Source: a virus
Taxonomy: Duplodnaviria > Caudoviricetes
Length of the DNA: 30,180 bases
Virus record (IMG/VR): IMGVR_UViG_3300004805_000023
Span: 1 to 30,180 of that record
Strand: one strand, 5' to 3'
This document shows positions 25,141 through 30,180 of the stretch, one piece after another. The translations under genes were made by a program, and so were the position numbers. The notes beneath the pieces were generated by a model. The model was not told the origin of the DNA, did not search any database, and was given only the letters and a program-made list of their open reading frames with translations. Position 1 is the first letter of the stretch. Each line of letters opens with the position of its first letter.

Positions 25141-25368
25141 ATGATTGAAAATTCTGAGGCTTCTTTCTCCGTTTGGACTCTGGATGGGAAAGACTATTTT
25201 GAGTTTAACAGCGATGGGATAATTATCCATAGATTGGATACTGAGAAGGCGGCTATTGATGTGGCTAGTGATAAAACAGCCCACCACTGGTTATTGCTTG
25301 ATGATGATAAAGATAAATATACTGCAGGAGGCACTAATGACTCAAAAAAGATTTTCAAGCGTAGATGA
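25141..25368 (+). CDS. hypothetical protein (75 aa)
   Basis: GGAG at 25129-25132 before ATG 25141. Confidence 0.55.
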   Translation: MIENSEASFSVWTLDGKDYFEFNSDGIIIHRLDTEKAAIDVASDKTAHHWLLLDDDKDKYTAGGTNDSKKIFKRR

Positions 25369-25963
25369 TATCCCAGACTTTATGACGGCGGCCAAGGATT
25401 TTAGGAGTGATATAGAACAAACCAATTCACCGCTTTCATTGTTTGACAATGAAGCGCCTGATTTAAAAATGGCAAGAAAATTAGTCGATGAGAGCATAAA
25501 TATAGTCGGCGCAGAAGTTAACATCTTTTTAAGAACCAATAATGATGACATCAGTGAAGTTTGGGAAGAAGACGCCGACCCTACATATTGGAATCCATTC
25601 AAGATAAAAGCATTTTTCAAGCCTTCTCCGATAGAATTAGAACTTAAAAAATCTGGCGTAGATGTAGAAAATAAAATGGAAATTTCTCTCAGCCACAGAC
25701 AAATTTATATGGTCTGCCGTGAAAGGATGTTGCGGGCTGGCGATGTGATTAGAATTCCTTATAATAGTGCTCAGGTAGACTTAGCACCTCGTTTTTTTAG
25801 AGTAACCAACGCTGCACCTTCCGGAAATTTTCGCTATAATTGGCTTTATCTATCATGTAAGTTAGAATCTATTACTGCCGATATTACTGTAAGACCTATA
25901 AAAGATATAGTAGGCGATATAGAAATAATTAAGACCAATGGAGCTTACCGTGAGTCTCTCTGA
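25337..25963 (+). CDS. neck/head-closure protein (T4 gp14-like)
   Basis: E.INIVG.EV..F.R, V(W)EED, IKAF, K.G, GD.I..P...FRV pattern; GGAGG RBS; position before gp15-like and sheath genes. Confidence 0.7.
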   Translation: MTQKRFSSVDDIPDFMTAAKDFRSDIEQTNSPLSLFDNEAPDLKMARKLVDESINIVGAEVNIFLRTNNDDISEVWEEDADPTYWNPFKIKAFFKPSPIELELKKSGVDVENKMEISLSHRQIYMVCRERMLRAGDVIRIPYNSAQVDLAPRFFRVTNAAPSGNFRYNWLYLSCKLESITADITVRPIKDIVGDIEIIKTNGAYRESL

Positions 25964-26246
25964 TGATATAAGGAAAATGAAATTATTGGCCCTAGCTAAA
26001 ATTAAAGAGATTATACCTGCTGTATCTGAAGGTATAAAGGACGAATTTAAATCCAAAATGGATATTAAAGTAGAGGTTTCGGATTCTACAGATAATGCTG
26101 GTATAGTAGAAACAGTGTTGGTTGGCAAAAAAGAATATCCGACGGCCGATGAGCTTAAAGCCAAAAAAACCGACACTGAAGATTATGTAAAAAATTTAGA
26201 TGCCACCAAAATCACAGAAATGGTAAAAACCTATGGCGCTCTATGA
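25950..26246 (+). CDS. hypothetical protein in neck/tail module
   Basis: GTG start after GGAG; overlaps both neighbours. Confidence 0.7.
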   Translation: MSLSDDIRKMKLLALAKIKEIIPAVSEGIKDEFKSKMDIKVEVSDSTDNAGIVETVLVGKKEYPTADELKAKKTDTEDYVKNLDATKITEMVKTYGAL

Positions 26247-27009
26247 TTTTAATCATGATACAACAATAAATCCAATGACGCTGCAAAATGTACCCTTCGG
26301 GTTACCAAGGGATGCTGCCGTGAGCCAACTTAGCGACAGCCAAGGCGGCAGGCGGACTTTAACTGGTGATGAATATAATACCTATCCTCAATATGTCGAG
26401 GATTTTATCACGCCAGGATTCAGAGCTCTGGACGAAGCAGTTAAGCAATATTGGACAGGTATTAGGGTTCCCACTAAAGATGCCTATAGGTTTATGAAAG
26501 TTAGAATAGCTGGCGGTAGTAAATCTATATTAGTTTGGCGTGGCGATTTAAAAGACGGTAGAACTAAATTACCTGTCGCTGCCATTAGCCGAACGTCGCA
26601 CGAATTTAATAAAGATAAATTTAGCCCTACTTATTTGTCAATGGGCAATAGGTATTTGAATACCTCTGGTTCTATGGTGGCAAAGCTTTATCGTCCGGTT
26701 CCATATAATGTTACCTATGAAATGGGTGTCTGGGCTGAGCACAAGAGGGATGCAGAGTATATATTATATCAAGTTTTAACGCGTTTCAATCCTTTGGCAG
26801 AGCTACGGATGTTCGACGGGAAGCTAGTCGGAAATGTGCAGATGAAATTAAACAGCGCTGCAGATAATAGTGATAAAGAAATTAGCAATGATTCGATGGC
26901 CAAGGTTAAATACGATTTCAGTTTTACGGCGGAAGCTTGGTTGCCGCTACCTCAAGTGGTAGTACCGTCCGTTGTTGGCCAAGTAACAGCATATTATACA
27001 CCTACTTAA
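26233..27009 (+). CDS. tail completion/sheath terminator (T4 gp15-like)
   Basis: KLPVAAISRT, PVPYNVTYEMGVW...D...IL.Q.LTRFNP, F.FT.EAWLP. Confidence 0.8.
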   Translation: MALYDFNHDTTINPMTLQNVPFGLPRDAAVSQLSDSQGGRRTLTGDEYNTYPQYVEDFITPGFRALDEAVKQYWTGIRVPTKDAYRFMKVRIAGGSKSILVWRGDLKDGRTKLPVAAISRTSHEFNKDKFSPTYLSMGNRYLNTSGSMVAKLYRPVPYNVTYEMGVWAEHKRDAEYILYQVLTRFNPLAELRMFDGKLVGNVQMKLNSAADNSDKEISNDSMAKVKYDFSFTAEAWLPLPQVVVPSVVGQVTAYYTPT

Positions 27010-27020
27010 GAGAACTAACG

Positions 27021-27332
27021 ATGGAAGACAGGAAAAAGAAGAAATCTAGTAAAATAATTAGACGTCCTTCTGTACAAGATGCTGTTATTGAGGACGTTAA
27101 AGCTACTAGAATGGTAAGAGTATTTAACAGTTGCAAACAGATGATTCCACTTCAAATGCGCCCCCCCGGCACGAGCTTTTATCGTTATGAGCAGCAAATT
27201 CGTTTAAATCCCGGACAACATGCTTTATTACCTCTCGACCATCTTAGAGAAGACCAGATCGAAAATCTCCAAAAAAAGGGATTTATCAAGATAATCTATG
27301 ATTCTGGTTCGAAAAATTCTAAGCAAAATTAA
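27021..27332 (+). CDS. hypothetical protein preceding tail sheath
   Basis: 103-aa ORF between the gp15-like and sheath genes. Confidence 0.75.
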   Translation: MEDRKKKKSSKIIRRPSVQDAVIEDVKATRMVRVFNSCKQMIPLQMRPPGTSFYRYEQQIRLNPGQHALLPLDHLREDQIENLQKKGFIKIIYDSGSKNSKQN

Positions 27333-27369
27333 TGTAAGTTGGAACAGCATTAAAAAAGAGGAGTTAAAT

Positions 27370-30180
27370 ATGGCAGTATATCTATCACCTGGTGTATATC
27401 CTCGTGAAATAGACCTTTCGCTGGTAGCTTCTAACGCCGGGCCGCTTCGCCCCGCTTTCATCGGTACTGCTCAACGAGGTCCCATAAATATCCCCACGTT
27501 TATTTCTGGCGCTGAGTCTGCAATAAATACATTTGGTACACCTTTTGTCGAAAGTTATCTGATGTATGCTGTTCTTGCATACATGGAAGATGGCGATTCT
27601 TGTTATATCATGAGAGTCGGTGTAGAATACTCTACAGCTTTACCAACTAGACTGCTTGACGTATGCATCGATAACACTCCCAACCGAACTTATGGCTGGG
27701 GCCGAGTTCCGATCTTTACTGGTATTGACTATGGTAGAATTAACTTAAGATTGCCTACAGTCGCAGATCCGGTTGTGTTTCATGATGCAAGCATATCTAC
27801 TCCAATGTTTCAGAATGCTGGCGCAGAATTAACAGCTCCAACGACTGAGGCTAGTCTTGCTATAGCCGGAACTTATGTTAACACCTTGTCAGCCACTTTC
27901 ATCTTAGAAATTACTAGCGATACTGGCATTAATCTCTCAACGAATGAATATTATAAGATAAATGGTGCTACTTATCGTGTTATCGATACTTCTTATGATA
28001 GTGCCGATCCGAGCTATGTAGTATCTTCTGGTACTTTGGTCGATTCCTCTGACACAGGTACTTCTAATTCTTTTGTAGTGCAAGGCGCCATCTTGTCAGG
28101 CATTATCACTGTCGATGCTGGCAGATTAAGTACTGGCGATATGTTCCAGTTTGAATTGACTCCTAACAATAGAAAATTTAGGATCGCTGTTGAAGGATCT
28201 GCTCATTCATACGATGATATGGTAGATAGCGGAACATATGAAAACACTGCAGATCTAGTCAATGCTTTGAATGACTCTATCGCCTCTACAGGCGGTCATG
28301 ACTTTGTCTTTGTTTCGGCTGTTGATGAATCTGGAGTTACTGTCCCGCAGATCAGGTCGACTGCCAATGGTGATAGAATTCAAATAGTTAGTGGCGAAGC
28401 TTGGGCTTTAACACTTGGGGTTTCGTTATATCAGTATGATATACCACGAGCAAGAGTGATAGCATCCAAGACCGATCTTTATGATTTGACCACTGATAAT
28501 AATCAATTGGTACTTAAGGTCGTATCGCCTGCTTCTAGCTTAACCATTACAGCTAATTTAGTCGCTGGGTTGGCCCAGACAGCTGATAATGTCGCTAGTC
28601 AATTGAACACCTTTGGTACAGTGGCCGGAATAGACTATTATGAGTCCTTTGCGATCAATGTCCCGAATTCCACTGGTATGGTTCTTGTCATCGCTACTAC
28701 GCCGAACAACGAATTGGATTCGTTGTTTTTACTTGCTAATTATACTAACATTAAGGCTCTACGCTTTACTGAAGAAATTGGATTTCTTTACCCTTATGGT
28801 GGTGCTTATCGCGGGTTTTCTGATGAACGTGTATTAATGCCTGTAGAAAGCGATGATCCTTCAACACCATTATCTTGTGTTACCGATCCAGCTTCTGATG
28901 AGTGTGCTCAAGATGCTGCTTATTATCAGAGCATTGTGGGCTGGTTTGTTGGGACCTCTGCTGGCACGTGGGTAGGGAAATACAACGCTGCTAAAGACAC
29001 TTATTCTGGCTATACAGTAAGTGTGCAGCTTGTTAATACTAACAATGCTGCTACTAGCCAGAAATATATCGTTACTGTTAAAGATTCGTCTGGTTATGCT
29101 GTTGATTCTATTTCTGATGTTTCATTTGATCCTACTGATGCTCGTTATATTGCCAATATCATTAACCCAGGTTCATCCATTGGTGGTAATTATGGCAATT
29201 CGATTATTAATTGGATCGAAAGACCATCATACATAGGTGTTGGCGAGACCAGAAGTCCTGCTTCTTTTAGCAACAGGCAATTCAGAGGCATGGCTAACGG
29301 TATTCCGATCGACCCTGCAGATTCTGCGACTTACCTTGATGCTGCAGTCATTGGAAATCCAGCCACAAGTTCTGGACTTTATGCTTTCCAGAATCCAGAA
29401 GCTTTTGATATTATGTTACTTGCTATTCCTGGGTTTAGCTCAGGTGCTGTGATCGGATCTGCGCTGCAGCTTTGCGAAAACCGAGGTGATGTTCTATTCT
29501 TAGTAGATCCTCCAATTGGACTAAGACCACAGCAAGCTATAGATTGGCACAATGGTCTTCTTTACGATGACCTTGATCATGCTATTAATAGTTCGTATGG
29601 TGCTTTGTATTGGAGCTGGTTAAGAATCTTTGATCAATTTAGCGCTGAAGAACGTTGGGTACCACCTTCTGGCCATGTCGCAGGTATTTTCTCAAGGACT
29701 GCCCAGAATACTGAAGTTTGGTTTGCCCCAGCCGGTCTACGACGTGGTAGGATTCAAACAGCCCTTGCTGTTGAATATAACCCCACCCAGTCCGAAAGGG
29801 ATTTGTTATATGGATCTGGTAATAGTGTTAACCCTATTGTTAGCTTCGCTCAGGACGGCATAGTTGTCTGGGGCCAGCGAACACTTCAACGTTCACCAAC
29901 AGCTCTAGATAGAGTTAATGTTAGAATGTTAATGATTTACATTAAGAAGAATCTAACTTCTATTTTACGACAGTTCATTTTTGAACCTAATGACCGCACT
30001 CTTTGGGCGCAGGTTTTTAGTGTAGTTAACCCTTTCCTTTCGGAGATTGCTTCAAGAAGGGGTCTAACTGGCTATAAAGTGGTCGTCGATGCATCTAACA
30101 ATACTCCCGAAAGGATCGACAGGAATGAACTATGGGTTTCGGTGTTCTTACAACCGACCAAGTCTGTTGAATTTATTGTT
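27370..30180 (+). CDS. contractile tail sheath protein (gp18-like), 3'-truncated by window
   Basis: GAGGAG RBS; MAVYLSPGVYPREIDLS...AFIGTAQRGP; C-terminal WVPPSGHVAG, WFAPAGLRRG, VNPI, VVWGQRTLQ...ALDRVNVRML, FEPND, QPTKSVEFIV; frame fits 937 codons to the window end. Confidence 0.95.
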   Translation, partial: MAVYLSPGVYPREIDLSLVASNAGPLRPAFIGTAQRGPINIPTFISGAESAINTFGTPFVESYLMYAVLAYMEDGDSCYIMRVGVEYSTALPTRLLDVCIDNTPNRTYGWGRVPIFTGIDYGRINLRLPTVADPVVFHDASISTPMFQNAGAELTAPTTEASLAIAGTYVNTLSATFILEITSDTGINLSTNEYYKINGATYRVIDTSYDSADPSYVVSSGTLVDSSDTGTSNSFVVQGAILSGIITVDAGRLSTGDMFQFELTPNNRKFRIAVEGSAHSYDDMVDSGTYENTADLVNALNDSIASTGGHDFVFVSAVDESGVTVPQIRSTANGDRIQIVSGEAWALTLGVSLYQYDIPRARVIASKTDLYDLTTDNNQLVLKVVSPASSLTITANLVAGLAQTADNVASQLNTFGTVAGIDYYESFAINVPNSTGMVLVIATTPNNELDSLFLLANYTNIKALRFTEEIGFLYPYGGAYRGFSDERVLMPVESDDPSTPLSCVTDPASDECAQDAAYYQSIVGWFVGTSAGTWVGKYNAAKDTYSGYTVSVQLVNTNNAATSQKYIVTVKDSSGYAVDSISDVSFDPTDARYIANIINPGSSIGGNYGNSIINWIERPSYIGVGETRSPASFSNRQFRGMANGIPIDPADSATYLDAAVIGNPATSSGLYAFQNPEAFDIMLLAIPGFSSGAVIGSALQLCENRGDVLFLVDPPIGLRPQQAIDWHNGLLYDDLDHAINSSYGALYWSWLRIFDQFSAEERWVPPSGHVAGIFSRTAQNTEVWFAPAGLRRGRIQTALAVEYNPTQSERDLLYGSGNSVNPIVSFAQDGIVVWGQRTLQRSPTALDRVNVRMLMIYIKKNLTSILRQFIFEPNDRTLWAQVFSVVNPFLSEIASRRGLTGYKVVVDASNNTPERIDRNELWVSVFLQPTKSVEFIV

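Noticed and set aside
27365-27370. TAAATA before the sheath gene as its promoter
   Set aside because: It lies between the strong RBS and ATG, overlapping the start codon, so it cannot transcribe the RBS.
28640-29863. Short ORFs listed in the track within this region, and similar antisense or off-frame ORFs elsewhere
   Set aside because: Shadow ORFs overlapping well-supported genes (here the tail sheath); no RBS or motifs.
1-30180. Genome-wide stop-codon reassignment (TAG or TGA)
   Set aside because: Long genes are intact in the standard code, and TAG/TGA end genes at expected positions (e.g. 9056, 12368, 24641).
1-30180. Restriction-site usage as evidence for Z-DNA
   Set aside because: A-containing palindromes (GATC, TCTAGA, GAATTC) are visibly present, but so are GC-only sites; no bias can be claimed without counting.

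Overview
AT-rich, gene-dense segment of a large (probably jumbo) T4-superfamily-like myovirus genome read in the standard genetic code. It runs from a gp46/SbcC-type ATPase through an accessory region (ferritin-like protein, archaeal-type NucS/EndoMS, HNH nuclease, and two divergent sigma-like genes, one resembling T4 gp55). It then passes a nucleotide/sugar metabolism cluster, a C39 peptidase plus a 1982-aa repeat-containing structural protein, a PD-(D/E)XK nuclease and fcl-thyX-dut, and ends in a neck/tail module with a 3'-truncated tail sheath gene that the ORF track missed. The main finding is a PurZ-type (2-aminoadenine pathway) synthetase with GSTGKG and NFAN signatures that retains the PurA-type Arg303 equivalent. 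Its neighbours are a nucleoside 2-deoxyribosyltransferase-family gene, a DeoC-like aldolase, a degenerate TIM-barrel protein and a GT42/DUF115-like transferase rather than datZ/mazZ. This suggests a possibly undescribed variant of the Z-base/purine modification pathway in a large myovirus. All homology calls come from motif recognition by eye and recalled reference sequences; no searches were run.
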